Source: a virus. Taken from it: a DNA stretch of 64,000 nucleotides. The notes under the pieces are model-generated. The model saw nothing but the letters and a program-made list of their open reading frames with translations, was not told the DNA's origin and did not search any database. The position numbers and the translations under genes are program-made. The first letter of the stretch is position 1. Each line of letters begins with the position of its first letter. Location of the stretch: positions 32,001 to 96,000 of the IMG/VR virus record IMGVR_UViG_3300020159_001932; one strand, given 5' to 3'. Shown in pieces: positions 9,928-17,994 of this stretch.

Positions 9928-10400
9928 GCACCTGCTACATCTTTACTTAAAGTTTCGCCTTGAATTACAAGTTCCTGAATAGCATTGATAATGTCTTGAC
10001 TACGTTTTGCAGTTAAAATAAAATCATTAGGGCTAAGTTTACACATGGTAGACATAGTAGATATACTAATCTCATTTTTACATAGTGTTTCTAGCGCACC
10101 TTGTCTTGCAAGATTTTCAATAAATTGTTGCTGTGCAGTATCGTTATTGTTGGTCAATAATTCTTCGCATTCATTGGGATCAAGTTCGTCTGCAAGTTCT
10201 TTTAACATAATTAACTCATTTTTATCTGCTAAACTAGGAGTTTTTAAAGTTTCTAAAAACTGTATTCTTTTTAAGAATTCTAGTAATGTTACTGGGTTAG
10301 ATGTTCTATCGTGGTAAACAATGTTGTCTAATTCCCAGCGGCTTGTTCCAATTGTAGCAGAGTTGATTAATTTGTCAATATCTAATTTTTTCTTTTTCAT
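9924..10400 (-). CDS. Hypothetical protein, 158 aa
   Basis: ORF coupled (ATGA overlap) to the glycosyltransferase gene. No motif recognised. Confidence 0.7.
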   Translation of the reverse strand: MKKKKLDIDKLINSATIGTSRWELDNIVYHDRTSNPVTLLEFLKRIQFLETLKTPSLADKNELIMLKELADELDPNECEELLTNNNDTAQQQFIENLARQGALETLCKNEISISTMSTMCKLSPNDFILTAKRSQDIINAIQELVIQGETLSKDVAGA

Positions 10401-10411
10401 GTTAATCCGTT

Positions 10412-10615
10412 CTATGAATATGTGTAAGGAGCAGTTTTACCACCAAATGTAGCAGAAAAACTAATCTGAGCGCCAGCAACTTTACCGCCATAGCTGGCAC
10501 CTAATGTTGCACTAAGACTAATATTCAATCCAGCACTAGGCGCGGTATTCGTATATGCTTGGTATACTCCTCCCATTTTAATAGCTGATCCTGTTGCTGG
10601 TAAGACTGATGGCAC
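10412..10615 (-). CDS. Small Gly/Ala/Ser-rich protein, possibly a fibre accessory
   Basis: GTG start with AGGAG and an upstream TATAAATA. Internal repeat ISLSATLG / ISFSATFG. Confidence 0.7.
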   Translation of the reverse strand: MPSVLPATGSAIKMGGVYQAYTNTAPSAGLNISLSATLGASYGGKVAGAQISFSATFGGKTAPYTYS

Positions 10616-10631
10616 CGGTAAATCTCCTTGA

Positions 10632-10639
10632 TATTTATA
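10632..10639 (-). promoter_or_regulatory. Late promoter TATAAATA
   Basis: Exact T4 late consensus upstream of the 67 aa-158 aa-GT operon. Confidence 0.75.
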
Positions 10640-10691
10640 GGCCTAAATTTACTACATAAAAAAATTGATTTAGTAAACTATTTATTATATA

Positions 10692-10850
10692 TTAATTTGG
10701 ATCAAAATTGAGATGAAATCCTAAATTATCTATATACTCCTTTGCAGTTTCTAATTCTACAAATTGTTCTTGTACTAGTTCTTCATTGTCGTCGTAGTAT
10801 TGCAAGATCCAAAAATTGTCTTCAAATTTTAATTGTCTAAATTTTTTCAT
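10692..10850 (-). CDS. Small acidic hypothetical protein, 52 aa (below ORF-track cutoff)
   Basis: MKKFRQLKFEDNFWILQYYDDNEELVQEQFVELETAKEYIDNLGFHLNFDPN*. The ATG overlaps the TGA of the upstream LamG gene (ATGA). Confidence 0.7.
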   Translation of the reverse strand: MKKFRQLKFEDNFWILQYYDDNEELVQEQFVELETAKEYIDNLGFHLNFDPN

Positions 10851-11977
10851 ACACCATACCTTGATCGTTGATTATTAAAGTTTTGTAAAATTTCATCGGG
10901 AGAAAGTGCTCTGTTGTAAATTAAACATTGCGAAATTTTTCCCGGAAAGTGAGACGCTCCAACGGACTGGGCACCAATAGTAATATCTATGTTACCTTCT
11001 GACGTTATAGCTTTTCCTGCGTCAGCTGCTGACGCATTTAAAACACCATTTAAGTAAGTTTTTAACCCTACATTGTCATATACTCCTACAATGTTATACC
11101 AGGTATTTAATTCCAAAGTTGCTCCGCTATCAAGTGCGTACACTCCAGTTACGCCACCGTCATATTGCCAAAATATTCTATTACTTGGGTTGATTAGCAA
11201 ACAAATACCGTTAGAATTGTTAACTTTATTTGCCATAATTCCAGGCCACCCAGTATGAGCAGCAAGTCGGCGAATCCATGCTGAGAATGTTACTGTATTA
11301 CCTATTACTGAATTCATTCCGTTTGCTACCGTAAGATAATGTGAAGCTCCTAAAAAACTAAAAGTTCCATCAGACTCATATGATAAACTATTTGCAGTTA
11401 TAGTATGTCGATTAGTTAAGTCTCTAATTGCTTGTGTAGTTGACCGAGTTCCTCCAACAAATGGTGAGGCAAAACCACCCAATTCGTATTGTGAGGCCGT
11501 CACATATACTGCACCATTAGTGTTATAACACATAGCCACAGCGCCATAATTACTTCCAGAATTCGTTACCGGATCTTCAATTCGTGTCCAAACACCTCTA
11601 GGAATAAATTGTTGCGTTCCATAGTCCCATGGATTCCAGTGCTGACCTGCACTTACCCATGTACCAGATTCTAAATAGACGTAGGCAGAATGTGTATATG
11701 TTCCTCCGTTTACCTGATCAACCGTGGCAGTATATAAAATTTGTTGTGCGTCATTTCCATCGTTAGAAGTAATTTTATATATAGGATATCCTGTTACAGG
11801 TGGAGGCGATGGAGGTGTAGCATTACTGATTTTTGTAGAATTATATCCGTACTCATATGTTCCAAAGCTACAAGTATTAATAGTAGGTTTTCCCATCCAC
11901 GACTTTGTAACATTGTTCATGTCATAGGCAAACACTAGTCCGTTGACTATAGGTCTAGGTCCATTAGATGCACTCAT
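10847..11977 (-). CDS. LamG/concanavalin A-like domain protein with inserted module, 376 aa
   Basis: GLVFAYD N-terminus; TFSAWI, WYNIVGVYD, YLNG, F.G.I...IYNRALS.DEILQNFN motifs. Confidence 0.85.
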   Translation of the reverse strand: MSASNGPRPIVNGLVFAYDMNNVTKSWMGKPTINTCSFGTYEYGYNSTKISNATPPSPPPVTGYPIYKITSNDGNDAQQILYTATVDQVNGGTYTHSAYVYLESGTWVSAGQHWNPWDYGTQQFIPRGVWTRIEDPVTNSGSNYGAVAMCYNTNGAVYVTASQYELGGFASPFVGGTRSTTQAIRDLTNRHTITANSLSYESDGTFSFLGASHYLTVANGMNSVIGNTVTFSAWIRRLAAHTGWPGIMANKVNNSNGICLLINPSNRIFWQYDGGVTGVYALDSGATLELNTWYNIVGVYDNVGLKTYLNGVLNASAADAGKAITSEGNIDITIGAQSVGASHFPGKISQCLIYNRALSPDEILQNFNNQRSRYGV

Positions 11978-13248
11978 AGTCCAAACCTCCTTCTAGTGGC
12001 ATTAAAATTCTGTCTTATTTCGCTGGCACTTAAGACTCTGTTATACATTCTAAACAAATAGTAATCTCCAGAAACACTAAATCCTGTGTTGCCGCCCCAT
12101 CCATCGCCATATGGATACAACGATCCAATTAATGTTCCAAAGGCGTTAGTTCCAGCACTGCCACCACCACCACTTAATCCATGATTGGTTGCACCAACAT
12201 ATACTTCTCCATTCCTATAAACACCGTACTGTGTGGCATCCATCCACCATACCATGTGTACATTTGATCCTGTACATATTGACGAATAACCTAGTGCAGT
12301 GCCCGATGCATTAGAATGCAATCCAAAACTACCATCTTGTATGGTGTAGTTATATTGTCCACTACCATTCCACGGCCTACTAATAATATAACCTCCGGTA
12401 TCGCTTGATTTAAAAACAAGTTCTAATGTCATTGCTGGATTACCATTAGTTGCATTAGGACTCCACGCATTAGAATAATCTCCGTGATTTGTATAGATAT
12501 ATTGTGCATTACCGTTTAAGGTAACAGCATTAGGTGTTGTAGTTGTACTCTGGCTTGAGTTTGTAATTGTTGCTTGTTGCTTGTAACTACTTAAATCATT
12601 AACAGTAGTTGATACTGTATTAAGAGCCGGCCAATTAGAAGGATGCAAACCAGTCCAATTTCCAGGTGCAATCAATACCTTTGCTACATATAATCTATTG
12701 TAGGTAGCATATTGATACATCCACGAACCTGTATTAATATATCCAGCACTACCGTTAGTGGTGAACAACGATCTAGACCAGTACCAATCATCGCCTAAGT
12801 GAGTTTCTTGACCACTGTAGCCACCAACCATGTGTACGCCATATTCCGTTAGGTATGATCCACCACTGGTGTATTCATAATGATACATATAGTTTGCACC
12901 ATAGTGTCGGTTTACACTCTTATAGAGTATTGCATAAGTGTATTGTGTGTTTCCGGTAACTGTAATACCATCACCATACCCGTACGGACTAGGACAGCAA
13001 TTACCCGAGCCGCCGTTATAGTCATTATACATATCCATATAAGCACTATTGACCCATCCTACGGTAGGAATGTAAACATTTTCTGTACCTGAGCTAAAAT
13101 TATAAGTTGCAGAAGAGCTTTGGCCGCGAGGAGTTATTTGCGTTGCTATGTTTTTTGTTGTTGGTGCAGAAACACTTTTAGTATTGCCGGCATCCATGTA
13201 AAATAAAAGTCCGTTTTGCACCATTGATGGATTAGCAGTTATACTCAT
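11974..13248 (-). CDS. LamG/ConA-like domain protein with inserted module, 424 aa
   Basis: GLLFYMDAGN; YRNG; MYNRVLSASEIRQNFNATRRRFGL. Confidence 0.82.
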   Translation of the reverse strand: MSITANPSMVQNGLLFYMDAGNTKSVSAPTTKNIATQITPRGQSSSATYNFSSGTENVYIPTVGWVNSAYMDMYNDYNGGSGNCCPSPYGYGDGITVTGNTQYTYAILYKSVNRHYGANYMYHYEYTSGGSYLTEYGVHMVGGYSGQETHLGDDWYWSRSLFTTNGSAGYINTGSWMYQYATYNRLYVAKVLIAPGNWTGLHPSNWPALNTVSTTVNDLSSYKQQATITNSSQSTTTTPNAVTLNGNAQYIYTNHGDYSNAWSPNATNGNPAMTLELVFKSSDTGGYIISRPWNGSGQYNYTIQDGSFGLHSNASGTALGYSSICTGSNVHMVWWMDATQYGVYRNGEVYVGATNHGLSGGGGSAGTNAFGTLIGSLYPYGDGWGGNTGFSVSGDYYLFRMYNRVLSASEIRQNFNATRRRFGL

Positions 13249-13967
13249 AGGAACCTCCCTGCAAGAGAATCGCTGATACTACGAATGGTTGCATCGTCTA
13301 ATCCTGTATTATAAACTGCAAAATATGCCAGCTGGCCTCCCCAATTTGATGCTGCGCCACCGTATTCATCGCTGCTGCCTAAGTCCATGTTAGCAGAACC
13401 TAGGTTAATATTTCCTGCGTAGGTAGTATTTGTAACATAAGAAGTTCCGTTCATGAAAATACTTCTGTCATATAATCTGCTTCTAAATGTCCATATTCTA
13501 AAATTACGCATATCAGATAGGCCAAACGTATATTGTGTACGCTGGTCGGCATTACAGCAGGTGCTTTGATCAAAATACATTGTGTAGTTTGACCAGCCAG
13601 GGTGTAGAAATATTCCGCGGCCGGTAGAACTACTGTTTTGACCATTTGTGTTATAAAACTTAAAAGCACTATTTGCATTGTCTGTCTGTGTGGTAGATAC
13701 CATAACGATAGTGTAGCCTGTGCCGTTGTTAATACCAAAGCTGTTACTAGCAGGACCGACACCTCTTGTGCCACTGGTAGAGAAATATGATTTTGCACCA
13801 GATGCAGTATATTGCACTCCGTTTGTTCCACTCCATACAATGTTTCTTTTATTCCCGCTGATGTCAAACCAGGTCGATCCTGATCCAGGATAACTGCTGG
13901 CATTGCTTGCATCTAATAACATCTGCAAGTTTGACCTCTGAATAGAAACTTTATATGTTACTGACAT
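13245..13967 (-). CDS. LamG/ConA-like domain protein, 240 aa (no insert)
   Basis: LLDASNASSYPGSGSTWFDISG; FMNG; WGGQLAYFAVYNTGL. Confidence 0.8.
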   Translation of the reverse strand: MSVTYKVSIQRSNLQMLLDASNASSYPGSGSTWFDISGNKRNIVWSGTNGVQYTASGAKSYFSTSGTRGVGPASNSFGINNGTGYTIVMVSTTQTDNANSAFKFYNTNGQNSSSTGRGIFLHPGWSNYTMYFDQSTCCNADQRTQYTFGLSDMRNFRIWTFRSRLYDRSIFMNGTSYVTNTTYAGNINLGSANMDLGSSDEYGGAASNWGGQLAYFAVYNTGLDDATIRSISDSLAGRFL

Positions 13968-13968
13968 A

Positions 13969-14283
13969 TTACCATTTTCCTAGAGGACATGATTTGAATT
14001 CCATGTTTACTAACATAGAAATAGGACATGCACATTGATTGCACGTTCCGTTGTTCTCAACAAGTAGTTGGTCGCAATCGTTACATATTGTTATTCTGTT
14101 TAATCTAACAGACTCTTTTACAAATGTGTCTTCAGTGAAGGTGACTTCATTGCTTACCATTACGTTGACTACCTGCATGTTAGCACCTCGTGCCTGTGCG
14201 GCAGCTACCAAGTCAGTATATACACCATCCTTGTAATCTTTTATTGCTAGATGTGCTGTTTCGTAGTCTAAGTTTGTGCTCAT
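13969..14283 (-). CDS. Small Cys-rich putative metal-binding protein
   Basis: R..ICNDC...CNQCACP...SCPLGKW. Confidence 0.75.
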   Translation of the reverse strand: MSTNLDYETAHLAIKDYKDGVYTDLVAAAQARGANMQVVNVMVSNEVTFTEDTFVKESVRLNRITICNDCDQLLVENNGTCNQCACPISMLVNMEFKSCPLGKW

Positions 14284-14287
14284 ATAT

Positions 14288-14295
14288 TATTTACT
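14288..14295 (-). promoter_or_regulatory. Late promoter AGTAAATA
   Basis: TAAATA box 4 nt upstream of the ATG at 14283. Confidence 0.6.
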
Positions 14296-14301
14296 CAACG
14301 G

Positions 14302-15549
14302 TTATATTCCGTATCGTCCTCTAATTCCATTAAAATTTTGTAAAACTTGCGATGAACTTAATGCAGAACTGTAAATCTTTGCAGAAAAAATCCTTCCAGG
14401 ATAATATGAATAATTTGCTTCGCCTCCACCATCTACTTGAGGCAATGATAATCCTATGTTTAACCCTGGTGTTAATGAAGGATTATATTCTTGTGTTGCA
14501 GCAGTAGTTGATCCGTGAAGTATACCATTAACATATAATTGTATAGCATTACTAGAATAATTATTAACCATAACAAACTGATATGTAGTGTTTAATGCCA
14601 TGTTAAATCCGGGGGTGTTACGATATGCATCTGCACCTCTTAGATATCCATACATTGTACAAGCATTTCCTGAACTATTACCATACCAATACAATGCTGC
14701 TCCTGCATAATAACTTGCACCAAATAATACTCCACACCTTGTTGCGTTGTTATATCCATTAGGAGGACTAACTGCTGTAGGCCAGGCTGTTATCCTTGTC
14801 CATACTTCATACGACCAATTGCTTAACGCAGGAGTTGTTGATATTGGCATGGTAGTTGTCATGTTGTCATCAACTCCGTCGAATACCAGACCGCCATTAT
14901 TTGAAACGTCATAGGTAGGACCAGTATTGTTTAAGGTGCCATTCCTTTTTCCAACAATGTCAGACCACCTAGTTCCATTTACGTTAGGCTGTGAGTTAAA
15001 CGTGGTCCTGGCAGAATTTCTTTCTAGTTGGAGTCCATCAACCCACATTGTTACTCCAGTATTGTAGTTGTCAATCCTTGCCTGAACAAATGCAGTGGTA
15101 CCTTGTGTCATTGTGTATGACCCTGATACTCTAGTCCAACTTGTGGTTACGTTATAAAATACCTGTCCAAGCGTTGTATAATTACCTGATGAGTTTGCTT
15201 CAAATATCATCAAAGATGCAGTGTGTGCAGTTGCACCTTTGACCCAAAAACTAAAAGTCCATGTTTGGCCCGAAGCGGCAGGTGCAAGATTCCATGTTGA
15301 CGAGTTGTATGTACCTGTATAAGCACTAGATCCGCTGGTCACTATTTTTAAAGGAATGCCTCCTGCTGGACTATCTGTAACAGAACTATCTCTGGTCAGA
15401 GTCATCTGATACCCGCCGCCGGGACTGGCCCATGCAAATGCATCTGTGGGTTGAGGGAATACATTGGCACTATAGCTTTTAATATTAGCAGCATCAAAAC
15501 ATGCTAATAAATTTGAATTTATTATTGGCGGCATGCTATGGATACTCAT
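14302..15549 (-). CDS. LamG/ConA-like protein with inserted carbohydrate-binding-module-like domain, 415 aa
   Basis: Insert has TFSFWVK, TTSWTRVS, WVDGLQLE (CBM4/9-like). C-terminus IYSSALS..QVLQNFNGIRGRYGI. Confidence 0.85.
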   Translation of the reverse strand: MSIHSMPPIINSNLLACFDAANIKSYSANVFPQPTDAFAWASPGGGYQMTLTRDSSVTDSPAGGIPLKIVTSGSSAYTGTYNSSTWNLAPAASGQTWTFSFWVKGATAHTASLMIFEANSSGNYTTLGQVFYNVTTSWTRVSGSYTMTQGTTAFVQARIDNYNTGVTMWVDGLQLERNSARTTFNSQPNVNGTRWSDIVGKRNGTLNNTGPTYDVSNNGGLVFDGVDDNMTTTMPISTTPALSNWSYEVWTRITAWPTAVSPPNGYNNATRCGVLFGASYYAGAALYWYGNSSGNACTMYGYLRGADAYRNTPGFNMALNTTYQFVMVNNYSSNAIQLYVNGILHGSTTAATQEYNPSLTPGLNIGLSLPQVDGGGEANYSYYPGRIFSAKIYSSALSSSQVLQNFNGIRGRYGI

Positions 15550-17054
15550 ATTCCGTACCTCGACCGTTGTAAATTAAATCCTTGCAATACTTCTGCATCT
15601 GTTAATTGTACATTATGACATTTTACACTAGGAATTCTTCCATTAAAGTAATAGCCTGGAGTACTGTATCCTATTTGTAAACTGGTAATGTTTTGCAGAG
15701 TTGCGCCGCCGGTCATGGTATAGGTAGTTGTCTTGACTCCGTCAGTCCATATATCATATTGCGAGCCATTCCAATTGAATACAGTGTTATGCCAACCGGC
15801 TGCTACATAGTCTCTGTTATAGGTACCAGCATATACGGATGCAGTTCCTGTCCAAATTTGTATAGCTTCGTTGGTCATACTACCAGTCCATGCACCTAGG
15901 TTAACTCCGCAAGGATAGGCATTATTAAACTGAACCATTGTTTGATAGCCTGCACTTGGCCCACCAATTGGGGTGTCGTTGTTTGGTATAGCGTTATTGT
16001 TGTAATACCAGATATTTAAACAATATAAATCAAAGGCAGAATTGGGCGTAGCTGTGATATAATTACTAATTCCGTTGAAACTAAAATTTCCATCAACTCC
16101 GTAGGTCAAGCTATTTGCAGTAATAGAACTGCGATTCATTAAATCTGTTAATACACCTGTTGTAGATCTTGTTGACTCGGTATACTCTGTAGGAGTGCTA
16201 CCTGTTGTAAACATAATTTCAGAAAGATCCCAAGAATAAGGAGTTGCTGTATTTGCAAACCAATATGAAATGCAGGTGCCGTATGAAGGAGTAAATGTCA
16301 TGTAAACTTTTTGCCACTCGGCAGTTAATGTAAAATTAAAACTATAGCCTGCGGCTGAGCCGCCGGTGTAGTTATAAATTTGATAACTAATACTTTGTCC
16401 TACTCCTGTAGGAGTTGCTGCTTTTACATAAAAACTTACAGTGTGAGCTACTCCTGGAGTTACAGTTGTGTCCACTCCGTACGACATTCCGTCAGCTACT
16501 CCGTCTCTTCTAATATAGTGCAGTCTTATACAATCATGCACTCTATCTTTATTTCTAAATCCATTTCTTATAATTTCTTTTACAAGTCCAGAATTAGGTA
16601 GGTGCGGAGGTCCCCACCACATGGTAGGAAAACTTGTTGCATTTATAGATACCTGCGTGTTGTTATTAAATGAATCGTAGACTGAGAATCCCGATGATCC
16701 GTCCTGTGAAGAATTATAAGAATGTAGACTAAATGAGTTACTACTTAATTTTTTAACTAGATAATTTGTTCCAGCAGTTACGCCGCCACCTGATGTTTGA
16801 GGTGTAACAACATCATAGCTACGTAAAGGATGACCGGCTGCTGTTACAACAACATTGCCGGTTACACTACTTATTGATCCTATGCTAAAATATGTATTAC
16901 TATTGTATTGATTGGTGTTGTACGTACCCCACCCATTTCCTGTACTAGGGTAAGCATTTGTTGTTCCGCCTGGTAGTAAATTTGTCACAGGGGCGCCCTT
17001 ATACGATTTTATGTTATACATATCATAATAAAAGACTAATCCCTTTGTGGACAT
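15546..17054 (-). CDS. LamG/ConA-like protein with inserted modules, ~502 aa
   Basis: Likely start is ATG 17054 (TAATG overlap), MSTKGLVFYYD. TVSFYVK, LTAEWQKV; C-terminus QGFNLQRSRYGI. Confidence 0.82.
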   Translation of the reverse strand: MSTKGLVFYYDMYNIKSYKGAPVTNLLPGGTTNAYPSTGNGWGTYNTNQYNSNTYFSIGSISSVTGNVVVTAAGHPLRSYDVVTPQTSGGGVTAGTNYLVKKLSSNSFSLHSYNSSQDGSSGFSVYDSFNNNTQVSINATSFPTMWWGPPHLPNSGLVKEIIRNGFRNKDRVHDCIRLHYIRRDGVADGMSYGVDTTVTPGVAHTVSFYVKAATPTGVGQSISYQIYNYTGGSAAGYSFNFTLTAEWQKVYMTFTPSYGTCISYWFANTATPYSWDLSEIMFTTGSTPTEYTESTRSTTGVLTDLMNRSSITANSLTYGVDGNFSFNGISNYITATPNSAFDLYCLNIWYYNNNAIPNNDTPIGGPSAGYQTMVQFNNAYPCGVNLGAWTGSMTNEAIQIWTGTASVYAGTYNRDYVAAGWHNTVFNWNGSQYDIWTDGVKTTTYTMTGGATLQNITSLQIGYSTPGYYFNGRIPSVKCHNVQLTDAEVLQGFNLQRSRYGI

Positions 17055-17749
17055 TATAATCCGAACCTTCCTTTGCAAGCATTGTAATTTTGTAATACCT
17101 GTGTTGCGGTGAACATGGTAGAATATGTTCTTGCAATAGCAATTCCTCCTGTATCAACAATACCTGAATAACCGTTGCCTATCATAATTGCATTGGCTCG
17201 AGGAGGATAAATGGTTGCTCGTTGGGTATAATAACCCGATGCAACCCCGTTGAGATACCATTGACCAGACCCTAAATAAGGATATAACACTAATACACAA
17301 TGATTCCATGCATTGTTATTTAATGCACCTGAGCTTCCGTAATCATAATCGAGGTATGCCCGATAATTACTTATATCGTTGGCAACTTCCCAGGTCATGG
17401 CAATTTCTTGTTCGTAACTTTGGTATGTGTTGCCATTTTTTTCAAACACAGTTTTTCTGGCCGATTTGGTTTGATTATATAGCCACAGCTCAATGGTTGC
17501 GCCCTGTCGATAATCTGTTGTTTGGGCCTTGGCAACTGTACTAGTCCAATACATACTACCATTAAACCCAAAACATCTAGCGTTGCCGTAGGTTGTAAAA
17601 TTAACAGTTCCGGTAGCGGTTAAATCAATTTTATTAGCAGATAGGTCATACCATACTGTGCCACTGCCGGGATAACTTTGTATGTCAGCAGCATCTACAC
17701 AAAAATTTAAACCATCTGTGACGATGGCAGGTCCGTTAAAATAAGACAT
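17054..17749 (-). CDS. LamG/ConA-like domain protein, 231 aa (no insert)
   Basis: DGLNFCVDAA..SYPGSGTVWYDLS; TIELW; WNHCV; YLNG; QNYNACKGRFGL. Confidence 0.82.
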   Translation of the reverse strand: MSYFNGPAIVTDGLNFCVDAADIQSYPGSGTVWYDLSANKIDLTATGTVNFTTYGNARCFGFNGSMYWTSTVAKAQTTDYRQGATIELWLYNQTKSARKTVFEKNGNTYQSYEQEIAMTWEVANDISNYRAYLDYDYGSSGALNNNAWNHCVLVLYPYLGSGQWYLNGVASGYYTQRATIYPPRANAIMIGNGYSGIVDTGGIAIARTYSTMFTATQVLQNYNACKGRFGL

Positions 17750-17750
17750 T

Positions 17751-17993
17751 TTACCACCGCCCTTCTGGACATGTTTGAAATTCTTTAATTTGAGAAAATA
17801 AAATTATTTGATTATTTTTTGAACAATAAAAATTATTATCTTTTACAACATGTGTTTCTAAGTTACCATCTGCTGTAACATATGTTACTTCTTTTTCATC
17901 TAATATAGAAAAATTTTCGCATGTTCTACATATAAAAATAATATTGTTTTTTGTTGCCGCCGGCTTCTCAATCATTTCAATATCATTAATCAT
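17751..17993 (-). CDS. Small Cys-rich putative metal-binding protein
   Basis: ICRTC...YC...TCPEGRW. Ends like the 13969..14283 protein. Confidence 0.7.
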   Translation of the reverse strand: MINDIEMIEKPAATKNNIIFICRTCENFSILDEKEVTYVTADGNLETHVVKDNNFYCSKNNQIILFSQIKEFQTCPEGRW

Positions 17994-17994
17994 T

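Noticed and set aside
15546-17078. ORF-track starts at 17078, 41136, 56150 and 59876
   Set aside because: Downstream ATGs (17054, 41097, 56093, 59840) fit gene overlaps, promoters and terminators better.
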